A stretch of DNA of 41,947 bases from Octopus sinensis (Eukaryota). Below, piece after piece: positions 22,677 through 35,342 of this stretch (within the stretch, counting starts at the first letter, position 1; each line of letters opens with the position of its first letter). The DNA is taken from contig NW_021835181.1 in assembly GCF_006345805.1 (NCBI RefSeq), positions 1 through 41,947 on the forward strand, read 5' to 3'. A model generated the notes under the pieces. It was not told where the DNA came from, made no database searches, and saw only the letters and a program-made list of their open reading frames with translations. A program made the position numbers and the translations under genes.

Positions 22677-23619
22677 CTGTGCACAAGTACAAGTTTGCCG
22701 CACATCAAATGTCGAAGTGGTCGCAGAGCAACGTGAGGCAAAGTATTTTGCTCAATGGCAAAACGCACCGCCCGGTCTATGAACCGAAACCACGATTTCA
22801 CAATTTACGTGTACGTAAGTTCCACTGTACAGACAAGAATAAGCAATTATCACCTGACCTCCCACGTGACGCATAAAATCCCAGCGATTTATCTTAATAT
22901 CTACGACATTTGAACATTATAACACAAGTATATGTACATACACTTGCGCGTATATATGGTATGTATGTGTATATATATACATGCGTAAACATTTGAAGGT
23001 GAATACATGAGCCTAATAAAAATTGTGAAAAATACGCAAATAATTAAAATAAAGGAGAAAATTTTATTTATATATAAAACATGAATATAAAAATGAGCGC
23101 AGCAAAGGTTGTAAAAAAATTGGGGAGTTGAGATTGAACCGATCTGAGCAAAGGTAATCTTTTATTGTACATGTTAAAATGTCCGCGAGAAGACGCTCCT
23201 TCTTCGACCCCAACGCCATGCCCATCACCTCCTATCAATATTCTTTATATATATCAATCATTTACTGAACATGACGGAAAGTGTTTTTTCGAGAGAGAGA
23301 GAGAGAGAGAAAAGAGAGAGTGTGTGTTTAATGGTACGTTTTATACATGACATCTATATACACACCGTTCGTCAAGTATTTTTATTCTCTCGTTAATAAA
23401 AGTGAAAAAAATAAAATAAAAAAACGAAATAAAATGAAACAGAAAAATATAAAAATGTTTAAAATATTAAAGACAAAATGGAGAGAAATGAAATTTGCTG
23501 GGGTTAAATGGCCACCATTGATGGTGTCAATATGTGTGTGCTTATTCGCGCCTGTGTATATGTGCGTGTGTGTGTGTATGTGTGTGTGTCTAAGTGTGTT
23601 AATATGTCTGTGTTTTGTG

Positions 23620-23669
<50 letters not shown>

Positions 23670-24057
23670 ATATAGATATATATGTATATAAATATGCAGG
23701 TACGAATATGAATATATACATACATAAATATGTGTATGATACATATATATATATGTATAAATATTGAGAATTATATACATATATATACATAAAATTACGT
23801 CATATATGTATAAAGAAAGACGCTCACACGCACACACAGACACCCTTTGATTAAATACATTGACTTGTATATATGTGTGTGTGTGTATGTGAGTGTATAT
23901 AATGTATGTATGCATGCGTATACACACACACACACACGTATCCATATATATACAGACATGCACACACATCATTTAAAGAGAAAAGCGAAATTGGATTTTT
24001 ATTTCTCTTTAAGTACGACTTTTATTATTATCAATATTATTATTATAATCAATATTA

Positions 24058-24095
<38 letters not shown>

Positions 24096-24176
24096 TGAAG
24101 TTCCGATAAAGTATGGGAAATAATCTTTTATTCGTTTGTTTATGTAGTTCTTTTGTTTGGGTTTAATTCAACCCAC

Positions 24177-24345
24177 CTGCCCGTCCCTTCCACCTACGCT
24201 GCTCATAAAATTCAGCTTTATTTCATCTGAGTCAATCTTATGGATTTCTTGAGCAACTTTGGTCGGCATTAAGATTGTAAAGGACGGGCAGAGCGGAGGG
24301 CGGAGGCGCGGCGGTCGCGGTTGTCGAGAAAGGCAGTGGGGGGCA
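24177..24345 (-). CDS. Candidate GC-rich exon (APHCLSRQPRPPRLRPPLCPSFTILMPTKVAQEIHKIDSDEIKLNFMSSV[GGRDGQ])
   Basis: Acceptor ccctgcccgtcccag|T. Alternative donors at 24177 (CAG|gtgggt, phase 0), 24194 (TAG|gtggaa, phase 1) and 24198 (AGC|gtaggt). In-frame ATG at 24269. Confidence 0.45.
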
Positions 24346-24759
24346 CTGGGACGGGCAGGGGAGCGAAACACAGTTTTGATTGCATTTCGAACAAACAAAC
24401 AACGAAAACGAAAACAACAACAATAATAATAATAATAATAATAATAATGATGATGTCGAAAATAAATAACAAAGTGGCGAATTGATCGCTAGAATATTAT
24501 GCCGGAAACACGCACACACTCAGAGATAGACATCAAGACAGGCAGACGTGTGGTGTGTGTGTGTGTGTGTGTGTGTTGTGTGTGTGTGTGTGTGTGTGTG
24601 TGCTTGCTTATATGGACGGATAGACTGATAGAGATAGATATATAGATAGATAAACAAACATACAACTACTTGAACAGACCTATAGATAGACAGATAGACA
24701 GAAATATATAAACAGACATATTTATATAATATATATATATATATAATATACATATATAT

Positions 24760-24777
24760 AACACACATATATATATA

Positions 24778-24822
<45 letters not shown>

Positions 24823-24874
24823 TTACGTATATATATATATATATAATGTATATATATATATACTAATATATATG

Positions 24875-24907
<33 letters not shown>

Positions 24908-24910
24908 ATG

Positions 24911-24941
<31 letters not shown>

Positions 24942-25110
24942 GTATATTATGTATATATATATAATATTATGTATATTATATATATATTATGTATATATAT
25001 ATATATATAATGTATATATATATACATAATATATATATATATAATGTATATATATACATAATATATATATATATATATTATGTACATATATATATATATA
25101 TATTATATAT
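24760..25110. repeat. (TA)n-rich microsatellite field
   Basis: Read directly. Confidence 0.9.
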
Positions 25111-25153
25111 ATCAACTGATATATTATTCTATACGCATTTACACAAATTCGGA

Positions 25154-25188
<35 letters not shown>

Positions 25189-25700
25189 TTAAATAGACAG
25201 ACAGACAAGAATCGATTTGCTGGACTAAAACACTTGGAGGTAGACTTAGTCTGATGAGTGAAACAAGATATATGCGTGTGTGTAAATGTGTACATATATC
25301 TTTGTAGCTGTATACACACATGTATATACACGCGTGTATGCATGTATACAAATATCTTGATAGCTACCGTACAGATATCTTTACACACTGTACACACACA
25401 CAAGCATGTATACATGTGTTTGTGGATGAGTGTGTATGAGTGTGCATGTGTATGTGTGTGTGTGTGTGTGTGTGTGTATGCGCGTGTGTCTTCGGTAGCT
25501 AATTACTCGTCCCTAACTTTACCCTTTAATAAGACACACAGACGTTCCCGTCAACCCCCGCCCACGCCGTCATCTATTCATTTGTAAATACCACCACGCT
25601 CCTTACCCTTCCAGGCACCCATCTACCTGCACACCTGTTTCGACCCTTCGTCACCCCCTGTCACTTCTTCGCCATTGACACCTGTCCAATATGCTCTTAC

Positions 25701-25764
25701 CTCCACTCAAAATACACGCATACACGACGGACCCAGACGGGGCGCTTCAACATGGTAGTTAAAC
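25701..25764 (-). CDS. Candidate 64-nt exon (LTTMLKRPVWVRRVCVYFEW, or 5'UTR)
   Basis: Strong acceptor ttcgcatttcttacag| and strong donor GAG|gtaaga. Only the phase 1 to 2 frame is open. Confidence 0.5.
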
Positions 25765-25924
25765 CTGTAAGAAATGCGAACCAAATCCCCCTCAGATCTC
25801 ACGCAAATGTCTTAATGCATGTATATATGTATGTACGAGCCAATCAGGGAGACATCTACATGGTAGCTATCCTTGGTAGAAACAGCAGCCAAAGTTCCTT
25901 CAAATCACACCCAACTGTCTTATA

Positions 25925-26125
25925 TATATATAACGGGAAGGTTTACGAAAATAAACAAAAGACGAAGGCAGGTGGAGTACAAACAAACAAATGTATTAGT
26001 ATGGCGCTCAGGAATAGAAATAGAACAAGTCTTTTACGTTTCGTGGCTACGCTCTTCAACAGAAAGATACACAGAAAAAAAACAAGGAGAGAAAAAAAAG
26101 CGTGTAGGAGCTAACGATCTATCAT
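25925..26125 (-). mobile_element. Penelope-type short terminal repeat with degenerate hammerhead-like core
   Basis: Minus strand CUGUUGAA-GAGC-GUAG-CCAC-GAAACGU. Abuts (TA)n. Paralog of 27015-27262. Confidence 0.55.
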
Positions 26126-26334
26126 GGCGTCCCATATGTATGAGCTAATGAGAGAGGTCTCGACAAGATAGCTTGGCCTGGTAGATTGATAGATATAGCA
26201 GCCAACTCGCCTTCAAATCATACTCTACTGTGTAGTATGGAAGAGCCAACGAGACCTCTACAGGGCGGTTACACATGCTAGAAATAGCAACAAAATTTCT
26301 CTCAATAACATCCTGCTTTCTTACGTATGTATAT

Positions 26335-26920
26335 ACTAGCTGAATAGCCCGTCGTTTCCGGGCAGTTTTTACAATAGAATGTCTTATATACATTTTTGTT
26401 TATTCCATGTCAGCCCATGCCTTCCCCGACAGATAGGCCTCTTGATCGGTACAGATTTGTGCAACTTTTCGCAAAAAACTTCGTTAGGGATGTTTTTCTT
26501 TTTGAATTATTTACATGTACGCTCGACCGTTTCACGTGACTTTATTCATTAAAACTAATTAAAACTTCAGAAGTTCTTACAACTTCGGCCGTCGAAATGC
26601 TTTGCTTTCGTTTGATTAATAAAAATTCCTCCTCGTTATGATTTTGCTTTCATTTTGTAATGGACAGCTATCATGCAGAAAATGTCAGCGTCCAAATCAT
26701 ATTTTCTGATTAGCTAAACTTGATTAAACTTTAAATCTCGGTAACATTTTCCTGCAGCTTTTCTGGAACAAAGAAATTGCAAAATCGGATTTAAAGCGGA
26801 AAATTATTTCAATATACCAAATTTGAAAATTTTGACCTAATTTCAAAATCTCACAATATGTGACAACAGGGAAGACCCTACAGAAGTAGAGAGGCTGACA
26901 GTTATAAGGACGTGATACAC
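26335..26920 (+). mobile_element. Helitron/HINE-like remnant
   Basis: Starts tatactagctgaatagcccgtcgtttccggg. The 3' boundary is uncertain. Confidence 0.35.
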
Positions 26921-27014
26921 ACACTCACACAAAAACATACAGAAACACAGACAACACACATTTACAAACGTACACACAAATTACGAGTTTAAAATGGTGT
27001 ATAAGAAGACATAT

Positions 27015-27262
27015 ATATATATATATATAACGGGAAGCTTTATGAAAATAGACAAAAGACGAAGGCAGGTTTACGGAAATAAACAAAAGACGAAGGCAGG
27101 TGGAATACAAACAAACAATTGTATTAGTATGGCGCTCAGGAATATAAATAAAACAAGTCTTTAACGTTTCGAGCCTACGCTCTTCAACAGAAAGATACAC
27201 AGAGAAGAAACACAGAAAGAAGGAGAGAAAAAAAATGCGTGCAGAGGCTAGCGAATCAACAT
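27015..27262 (-). mobile_element. Penelope-type short terminal repeat with hammerhead-like core
   Basis: Minus strand CUGUUGAA-GAGC-GUAG-GCUC-GAAACGUU. Internal duplication of aaaagacgaaggcagg. Flanked by TA repeats. Confidence 0.6.
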
Positions 27263-27274
27263 GGCGATCTATTT

Positions 27275-27354
27275 ATATATACATATACGTATATATATAT
27301 ACATATACGTATATATATATACATATACGTATATATATATACATATACGTATAT
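27275..27354. repeat. 20-bp tandem repeat (atatatatatacatatacgt) x4
   Basis: Read directly. Confidence 0.9.
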
Positions 27355-27552
27355 ACTCTTTTACTTGTTTCAGTCATTTGACTGCGGCCATGCTGGAGCA
27401 CCGCCTTTAGTCGAGCAAATCGACCCCGGGATTTATTCTTTGTAAGCCCAGTACTTATTCTATCGGTCTCTTTTGCCGAACCGCTAGATGACGGGGACGT
27501 AAACACACCAGCATCGGTTGTCAAGCAATGCTAGGGGGACAAACATATACAC

Positions 27553-27587
<35 letters not shown>

Positions 27588-27756
27588 CATATACGACGGG
27601 CTTCTTTCAGTTTCCGTCTACCAAATCCACCCACAAGGCATTGGTCAGCCCAAGGCTATAGCAGAAGACACCTGCCCAAGATGCCACGCAGTGGGACTGA
27701 ACCCGGAACCATGTGGTTGGTAAGCAATATACTTACCACACAGCCACTCTGCGCCT
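27355..27756 (-). mobile_element. Full-length, well-preserved SINE family A
   Basis: Minus strand head aggcgcagagtggctgtgtggtaag (A-box-like) and ggttccgggttcagtccc (B-box-like), central microsatellite, tail gactgaaacaagtaaaagagt. Confidence 0.95.
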
Positions 27757-27792
27757 ATATAGCTATATATATGTATATATATATATATATAT

Positions 27793-27833
<41 letters not shown>

Positions 27834-28519
27834 CGTGTATGTTTGTGTCTGTATGAGTGTTTCTTTGCGATGGACAGCAGAAAAGCCACCTTCCCCCTCT
27901 CTCCTTAAACCTGCATATTCCTCACACCCACCTTTCTTTCCTTTCCTCGGCGCTTTAAAAGTTACTTGTGTGTGTATGTGTGCGTGTGTGCGTGCGTGCG
28001 TGCGAGCCGGCGTATATCTATGTATTTAACATGTATGCAGTGTCGTGTGTATATGACAATTGTATTAACGTTACCATCCCACTGCCACTCCATATTTGTC
28101 GCTTATACAACGCTATTCTCCCCTTCCCTGATATCAACCACACACACTATGCCACCTATTTTCTTCGCACTAACTCTCTTTTCACCCTTCTCATTTTATC
28201 ATATTATAGACCCCCTCCTAGGGGCCCCAGTATAGATTTTTGTTGAAATTCAAGTAGCCTATAATTGAACTGGATGTTAGTTTAACATGTATGCAAAGTT
28301 TCGTCAAGATTGGTTCACTGGTGTAGGCAGCAAGATGATAACAGAAAAATCGACAGACAGAAATTGCCATTTCTGTATAAGATGTATGTAGGAGGGACAT
28401 TTCTATATGGTAGGTAGACCTGTTAGAAATAGCAGCCGGATTTCCGATTTGCGATTATATTCCTCCCAATAAATCTCTGAAACTCTGAAACGGGTCATGG
28501 GCACTGCTTTCTTCTTGGC

Positions 28520-28850
28520 TAGAGCATAAAAAAAATCATGGATATCGCTGTTTGGAACAAACCAGAAAATGTAAAGATCGTCATAAAGGTCAGCTCCCTA
28601 TCGATGTGAAAATCAAAGAGGAAGGGAATAACTATGGACAGCTGCCCCGAAACCGCCAGCTTCTATACCCAGAGCATCAATTCACAATTACACCAGTAAT
28701 AATTGGTGTACGTTTTGTGAGTAAATACCTTAGTTGCAATCTGGGTTTTCAGAAAAAAAAATTGAATTGCTAAGATGCACATTACAAATTCAATTTGTAT
28801 GCGGAACAATAAAAATATGCAAGATTTTCCTCAAGTTCAAAATGTGACAT
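28520..28850 (+). mobile_element. Decayed RLE-type non-LTR retrotransposon 3' fragment
   Basis: DIAVWNKPENVKIVIKVSSPIDV...NNYGQLPRNRQLLYPEHQFTITPVIIG matches the C-terminal pattern of RLE clades. Confidence 0.65.
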
Positions 28851-29120
28851 GGTTATTTTTATTTATATTCTAACGATGAAGCTTCATATGTTTGTTAGAA
28901 AAACAGCTCCTTGCTTACAGGAAGTCTTCAAATATTCAAAACTTGAAAAGAACGAACGAACATACATACATATTAGTAACAAATTTTGGTACAAGGTTAG
29001 CAATTTCGGAGGAAGGGGTAAGGGAATTACATCGACCCCCAGTGATCAACTGGTCCTTATTTTAGCGACTCCAAAAAATTGAAAGGCAAAGTCGTCCACC
29101 GCGAGGTTTGAACACAGAGC

Positions 29121-29350
29121 ATAATATTTATCCCCACTTAAATACGGATGTTCTGTTAGAACAAACTATACTGCGGTAGATATCATGAGAGGAACTCCCA
29201 TATTTGCTTTCGGCTTGTTTATATTGCAAGCGATACAAACAAGAGTGCATTTTGTACCAAAAGCCCTTATGAGACGTTCTCTCATGCTATCAACCACAGT
29301 GTAGTTTGTTCTGACAGAACAGCCCATCTTTTAGTGGGGATAAATATTAT
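29121..29350. mobile_element. MITE/foldback with ~75-80 bp inverted arms
   Basis: ataatatttatccccacttaaatacggatgttctgttagaacaaactatactgcggtagatatcatgagagg versus ctctcatgctatcaaccacagtgtagtttgttctgacagaacagcccatcttttagtggggataaatattat. Confidence 0.8.
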
Positions 29351-30237
29351 CTCTCTGTATTAATTCTGCCTTTGTCGCTAATAAATATTTTCAGATCGTA
29401 ATGTCGGAAGAAATGCCGCTCAGCATTTTCGCCGGCGCGATAACGATTCTGCCAGCTCGCCGTCCTACATACGTATTTGAATGGTATATCTACCTTCCTA
29501 CTCCGGGAGGAATATATGATATAAAGTTATAAAATCCACTTCTCAACACCCCTTAAGATTCCCGACTAAGGTTTCCCTGCTTAGGAGAAATGTACTCAAA
29601 ACCAACATGCCTGACTCGTCTCTAAACCTCAACCGCCTGATAAATGGCATATTTGAACTCAGTTCTTTAAACATTTTAATCATTGCCTTTTCTCTTGTCC
29701 AAACATATTATTTGAAGCTCCTTTGCTTACAATCCAACGTCCCCCTCACCATTTTTAATGTATATACATACATAGTAATAACGGGTCAGAGTAATTTAGC
29801 TCCGAGCATTGGTTTGACATGGGTGACTACTTACCACAGCACCACCCTATTATAAGCGATTCTACTATAAACATACTTCTTGCTTATTTACTTATTCACA
29901 TTTCGAAGTATATCATTATTATTATTATTATTATTGTAGATGTAGTTGTTGTAGTTTTCGCTGTTGTTGTGAGTGTGGCAATCAAGCAGTTTATCAAAAT
30001 ATCAAATTTAATTTTTTAAATGTTTAATTTGGCAAAAAACGCTAAAATAAAACTATACAAATACATCTGTCGTTCTACCCACTTGCTCCCTTTATCTCCA
30101 TACACTATTTTTTCTACTGTTGCGCACTCCCCGGAGTTCTGATTGTGTTTAACAAGAAACTCATTGTAAAACTACATTGAAAAAATTTTTAAAGTTAATA
30201 TTTAAATGGGAACCGCGACTAAATATAGTTAAGTTAC

Positions 30238-30322
30238 CTCGCACTCCCGTTGTGCCCAGAACCCATATGATATTCTCCACCAGCGGGCGTTACTACCCAC
30301 ATTGTGAAGCACCGACATGAAC
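30238..30322 (-). CDS. Candidate 85-nt exon (two open frames: FMSVLHNVGSNARWWRISYGFWAQRECE or SCRCFTMWVVTPAGGEYHMGSGHNGSA; could be UTR)
   Basis: Acceptor ggtttgtgtgtatttatag| and donor GAG|gtaact. Unique, GC-balanced sequence. Confidence 0.5.
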
Positions 30323-30879
30323 CTATAAATACACACAAACCGTAAAAGCTTGTTTGCCCCTGCTGATGAGAATTCGCAAGGGGACAAATGTTGTTACTAC
30401 GCAACAGAACCCCATCTGCGAACATCAACACTCGACCCCCAACAGCTTCATCACTTACGTGTAAGTTCCCGTGATCGACAAAATTCAAGAAGTGGACGGG
30501 AAAAATTTAAGGGCAAGCTTATTTTCAATTGACACGAGAACCTCTCCGACTGAAAACCTCTTTTTGGAGTCAGAAGCATCATAAGTTCAGTAGATGACAC
30601 TCAATAATATGAGTTGTTGTTCAAAAGCGGATTTGCCCGGATGGGACTACAGAACTGGCCAAACGATCAAATGGAGAACAAAATCAGGCAACAGTATTCT
30701 ACTCTGCTAAACAGGTCTCGCAGGCACCAAAAGACCTTAAGGATATCAGTAAAACTGTAAGAGTGCTATAGAGGAAAGAACCTGACATCTCGGAACTTTG
30801 AGATTTGCTTCGAATTTACAACAACAAGATGATGAACTAAATTTCACATTCAATGCCCTCTTTGCCCTAACTCAGCCAG

Positions 30880-31200
30880 TCTCATCCTAAAAAATTGCCA
30901 TCTGTTTTCACTTGATCATTTGGATATGAGACGCCAAGTTTTTGTCAAAACCGCTTTCAGCTGACCAAAAACACACTCAGGTTTCAGTTGCACAAGATCT
31001 CCTTGATTATGTCGAGACCGATGAAAACTCTTTCAAAACTTTGCGTAGGCCTCTGAGCAGGTATCGCCAAGCTTTTGGCAAAATTTGATGTATATTTTCT
31101 GCTCAACTCCTCTGTCATGTGCTACACACCTTCCTTCCAAACACTGCTGTAAACAGCGGAAGTGAGCTAGAACGTTAAAAGTTAGTGCGCATGCACATTA
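30880..31200 (+). mobile_element. Mariner transposase N-terminal remnant joined to MITE-like sequence
   Basis: Frameshifted LDMRRQVFVK...TQVSVAQDLLDYVETDENSFKT, resembling mariner LGMRRV.AKFVP. Downstream sequence matches the 2581-2957 element. Confidence 0.65.
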
Positions 31201-31249
31201 CTATAGCAATAGTCCCGCCATGATAGGTCGCTAGCCACTAAAACTTTTT

Positions 31250-31420
31250 TTTAATTTTCTCTCTCTGTTTATTTCTGTGTTCCTTTCTGTTAAAGAGTGT
31301 AGGCTCGAAGAATAAAAGACTTTCTTACTTTCTGAGCGTTAAACTAGTACATCTGTTTGTTGTTTACACACCCGTCTTCGCCTTTTGTTTTTTTTTCGTA
31401 AATTCTCTCTCTCTCTCTCT
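31250..31420 (+). mobile_element. Penelope-type short terminal repeat, degenerate hammerhead-like core
   Basis: ctgttaaagagtgtaggctcgaag...ctgagcgttaaactagtac. Same family as the 26.0 and 27.1 kb copies, opposite strand, abutting (CT)n(TA)n. Confidence 0.55.
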
Positions 31421-31492
<72 letters not shown>

Positions 31493-32136
31493 AACATATA
31501 TTCGTGCAAATATGCACACACATAAACAGGCTTACATATAAATATTCACACACATACACACCCATTCTCACATATATTCGCATTCATACAAACCTACACA
31601 CACACACACATATGTACATCTGTATTGGCACATATACGCATATACTATACACACATATACACAGGCATACACTTGTCTCTCATTATATAATTACTCAGCT
31701 ACTCAAGTACGTGTTTGAGAGATTGTTTTTCTGACTTGGCGCAGCAGCGTAGCCATAGCCAGGAGGCTGGAAAATACGTTCAAAACAATATATACACTCA
31801 CTCATGAAAGCCACACAGATGTATACATACGCACATGCTTTTATCTATGAGTGCACATGTATCAATAAGTAGATTTGCATTATATACATACATATACACT
31901 CACACATATACGTATACATCTAAACATGTATATACATACTCTCATTCATTTATCAATGTGTGTGTGTGTATATGTCTATATACATACACATATACACATG
32001 TGCACTTAGATATATACATATATGAATGCACGTATATATATATATATATATACATGTATGCATATAAACGTATACATGTGTGTGTGGATATGTCTATATA
32101 CACACATACACATGTGCACTTAGATATATATGAATG

Positions 32137-32180
<44 letters not shown>

Positions 32181-32271
32181 TCATATAGTCGTGCACTTAA
32201 ATTATACATATAAGACTGCATATACATGTGTATACACACAAGTATATATACATATGTATACACACATAAAC

Positions 32272-32309
<38 letters not shown>

Positions 32310-32454
32310 TATACATGTATGCATATAAACGTATGTATGTGTGTGTATATATTGTAGGTAAACAGGATCAAACGACCAACAGGCGTGCACACTGCCCAGT
32401 GTAATTACAAAAGTAGAGAGGACAAAAACAACAGAAACGTTGCTTCCAGCACAA

Positions 32455-32518
32455 CCGCACCACCACCACCACCACCACCACCACCACCACCACCACTACT
32501 ACTACCACTACTACTACC

Positions 32519-32556
<38 letters not shown>

Positions 32557-32570
32557 CAACACCACGACCA
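32455..32570. repeat. (CAC)n/(TAC)n trinucleotide array
   Basis: Read directly. Confidence 0.95.
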
Positions 32571-32806
32571 CTACTCCATTATCAGTAATAGTAAAACCAT
32601 CACCACAACAATCACAATAAGAACTACCACAACTACAACTTATGCTTGTACAGGGTAAACTAATACACACCTACACACAGCCATCACAATCGTCCGACAG
32701 ACGGGAACGTGAAACTCTGAGCAACATAACAGTTCTGCAGCTTTAATAAAATTGTGTGTGTGAGAGTTTACATTATACATACATATATGCACACACACGT
32801 ATATAT

Positions 32807-33188
32807 AGGCGCAGGCGTGTTTGTGTGATTAGAAACTTGTTTCCCAACCACACAGTTCCCGGTTCAGTCCCACTGCCATGGCACCTTGAGCAAGTGTCTT
32901 CTACTATAGCTTCGGACAGACCAAAGCATTGTGAGTGGATTTGATAGATGGAAACTGGAAGAAACCCGTCTTATAGGTACATGTTTATGTGTGAGTGTGT
33001 GTTTACATGACAACCGGTATTGGTACGTTTCCGTCCCCGTAACTTCGCGCTTAAACTAAAGAAATCGACAGAATAAGTACCAGATGTAAAAAAAGAAAAG
33101 TACTAGGGCCGATTCATTCGACTAAAAACAATTATTCAAGGCATTGCTCCAGCATGGCTGCAGACTAATGACTGAAACAGATAAAAGG
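32807..33188 (+). mobile_element. Full-length SINE family A
   Basis: aggcgcaggcgtgtttgtgtg...ccggttcagtcccactg...ccttgagcaagtgtcttctac...ccagcatggctgcagactaatgactgaaac. Confidence 0.9.
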
Positions 33189-33199
33189 TATATATATTA

Positions 33200-33565
33200 A
33201 CTAGCACTATGACCCGGCAACGCCGGGTCATAGTGCTAGTGCATGCATATACAGCTGCGTGGGTGTGCACATACACGCGAGTACTTTCCAAATCTCCAAC
33301 CAATCACGTACAGCTAGCTGGCATTCAATTGGCGTATCAAGTTTCAGGCATTTTGATTGGGTTTTGGATAGAAAATTCACAAAAAAAGTCAATTCTATTG
33401 ACTTTTTAATGGCTTTGCGGGGTGACTGGGGACATGTAAAGATGTGCGCGACCACCCTTGGACGGTTTTGAATGATCATAGAAAGTGCGAGCCCTCTAAC
33501 TGAAAAATTGTGGATTTGTATAAAGGATACACACACAGACATTTTGCCGTTTATATATAGAGAGA
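33200..33565 (+). mobile_element. Helitron/HINE-like element starting with a perfect 19-bp hairpin
   Basis: actagcactatgacccggc-aac-gccgggtcatagtgctagt; ends cacacacagacattttgccgtttatatatagagagat. Confidence 0.55.
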
Positions 33566-34164
33566 TATGCATGTATCGATGTGTGTGTGTATAAGGATGG
33601 CTGTTTTCTTCAATACTATCTTTAAGAATTGAGTTTAAATTCCATTTCATCTTTCATCCCTTCAGAATCGATAGAATACGCCCCACTAGAGTCCTGGGGT
33701 CGATGTAATCGACTAACCCTCTCCTCTGCAAGTGCTGGCCTTGTGCCAAAATTTGAAACCAACATTATCTTAAAGTATTGTGTATGTTTTCACTGGACGT
33801 ACGCCAATGTACACACACACACATACATACATACATACATGTGCGCGTGCACGTGTGTTTATACGTATACAGGTTTGCAAACTGAAATGGAAAGAATGTA
33901 TATATATATATGTACACAAGAGTGTAGAGCAAGCTATATTAATTAATGATACTTATGTGAACATACACGTTTGTATACACACGCCTATATGCAGTCAGTT
34001 ATATACACATACACGGAGAAGCAAACGCTGTATAAATATATATCCACCGAGCAGCCGGCCATTTACCACGCCTTTTCATTATGTATGTAAAATGTCACAT
34101 TTATGTTTGCATATATATACACGCACGTATGTAAACAATCTCAGCAAAGTTCTGTAAACAGAAA

Positions 34165-34385
34165 TGCAAACACACACACACACACACGTATATATCACAC
34201 ACACACACACACACATATATATATCACACACACACATATATATATCACACACACACATATATCACACACACAACACACACACATATATCACACACACACA
34301 CACACACACATATCACACACACACACACACATATATCACACACACACACACACACATATCACACACAACACACACCACACACACA

Positions 34386-34390
<5 letters not shown>
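34165..34390. repeat. Compound (CA)n-TATAT minisatellite
   Basis: Repeated units of about acacacacatatatcac. Confidence 0.9.
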
Positions 34391-34435
<45 letters not shown>

Positions 34436-34953
34436 AAGAACAATCTTACTTAGAAATGGATGCGTGCGTTCCGTCATATAATAAATAATAAATAAAACAT
34501 ATGCATATATACATACATATATGTACGTACTTTCCTCTACATGTATATATACATGCATATATGGGTACAGGACACCAAAAAACGTCGAACACAATCTGTC
34601 CTGTTTTTGTTACCATTTTTACCCCTCCGCAAAAAGATCTCAAATTTTATTTAATTTGCTTTTCGCCGGAAAGAAAGTTTCTATCGAAGATGCGTATCGC
34701 CTTCACCTTCGAAACGCAGAGTAGATAAAACTATGGCGACTGAAGAAGGGGTTTTTTCCTTGTGTTATTTGTCCTGTGCTCTATTTTTTCGTTGTTTAAG
34801 AAAAATGTCCAGTTCCTTGGGTTTGTGTCTATGTTTTCGTTCCTCATTGTGTTCGACTTTTTTTTGGTATCCTGTACTCATATATGCGTGTATATATACA
34901 TGTAGAGGTATGTACGTACATATATGTATGTATATATGCATATGTTTATATAT

Positions 34954-34960
<7 letters not shown>
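34436..34960. mobile_element. Probable Penelope-type terminal repeat with an inverted partial copy
   Basis: About 100 bp at 34498-34596 is inverted at about 34847-34947. The first ~45 bp (34436-34480) recur directly at about 35545-35590. Confidence 0.5.
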
Positions 34961-34993
<33 letters not shown>

Positions 34994-35004
34994 CTCTGTC
35001 GCTT

Positions 35005-35342
35005 TCATGGCGTAGCTTTGTGGTAAAGCAGTTTGTTTCCTAGCCACATGGTTCTGGGCTCAGTCCCATTGCGTGGTACCTCGGGTAAATGTCTTCTACA
35101 TTCGATGGCCGACCAAAGCCTTGTGAGTAGATTTGGCAGACGAAAACATGTATGCGTGTCTTTATGTCTGTTTTTGTCCTCTACCAACTCCTGACAGCAT
35201 AGCGATTCGGCAAAATGGGACCGGTGGAATAAGTATCAGGCTTCAAAATATATATATATATTCGGGTCGATTTGTTCGGCTGAAATTATTCAAGATGGCG
35301 CCCAAGCATGGCTGCAACGTAATGAGTGAAAGAGTTAAAAGA
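35005..35342 (+). mobile_element. SINE family A
   Basis: ggcgtagctttgtggtaaagc...ccacatggttctgggctcagtccc...gccttgtgagtagatttggcagacg...ccaagcatggctgc. Confidence 0.8.

Noticed and set aside
22588-22700. NVDLMESVQHKR resembles the LINE RT C-terminal LE.VQRR motif
   Set aside because: No adjacent RT motifs are convincing, and the segment is bounded by good splice sites in a single open frame. I treated it as an exon candidate, but a TE origin is not excluded.
23140-23240. Protein-like minus-strand frame EVMGMALGSKKERLLADILT and plus-strand MSARRRSFFDP
   Set aside because: The acceptor lacks a pyrimidine tract and the donor is weak. The plus ORF is short. Evidence is insufficient.
27275-27354. 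Regularly spaced repeats suggestive of a CRISPR array
   Set aside because: They are spacer-less microsatellite-derived tandem units in a eukaryotic context, with no cas genes.
27690-27756. tRNA gene
   Set aside because: The A/B-box-like motifs are the head of a multi-copy SINE, and no cloverleaf is evident.
32368-32670. Poly-His/Tyr, poly-Pro/Leu and poly-Val ORFs (similar ones at 37021-37693)
   Set aside because: They arise from (CAC)n/(TAC)n/(GTA)n repeats open in multiple frames on both strands, with no splice support.
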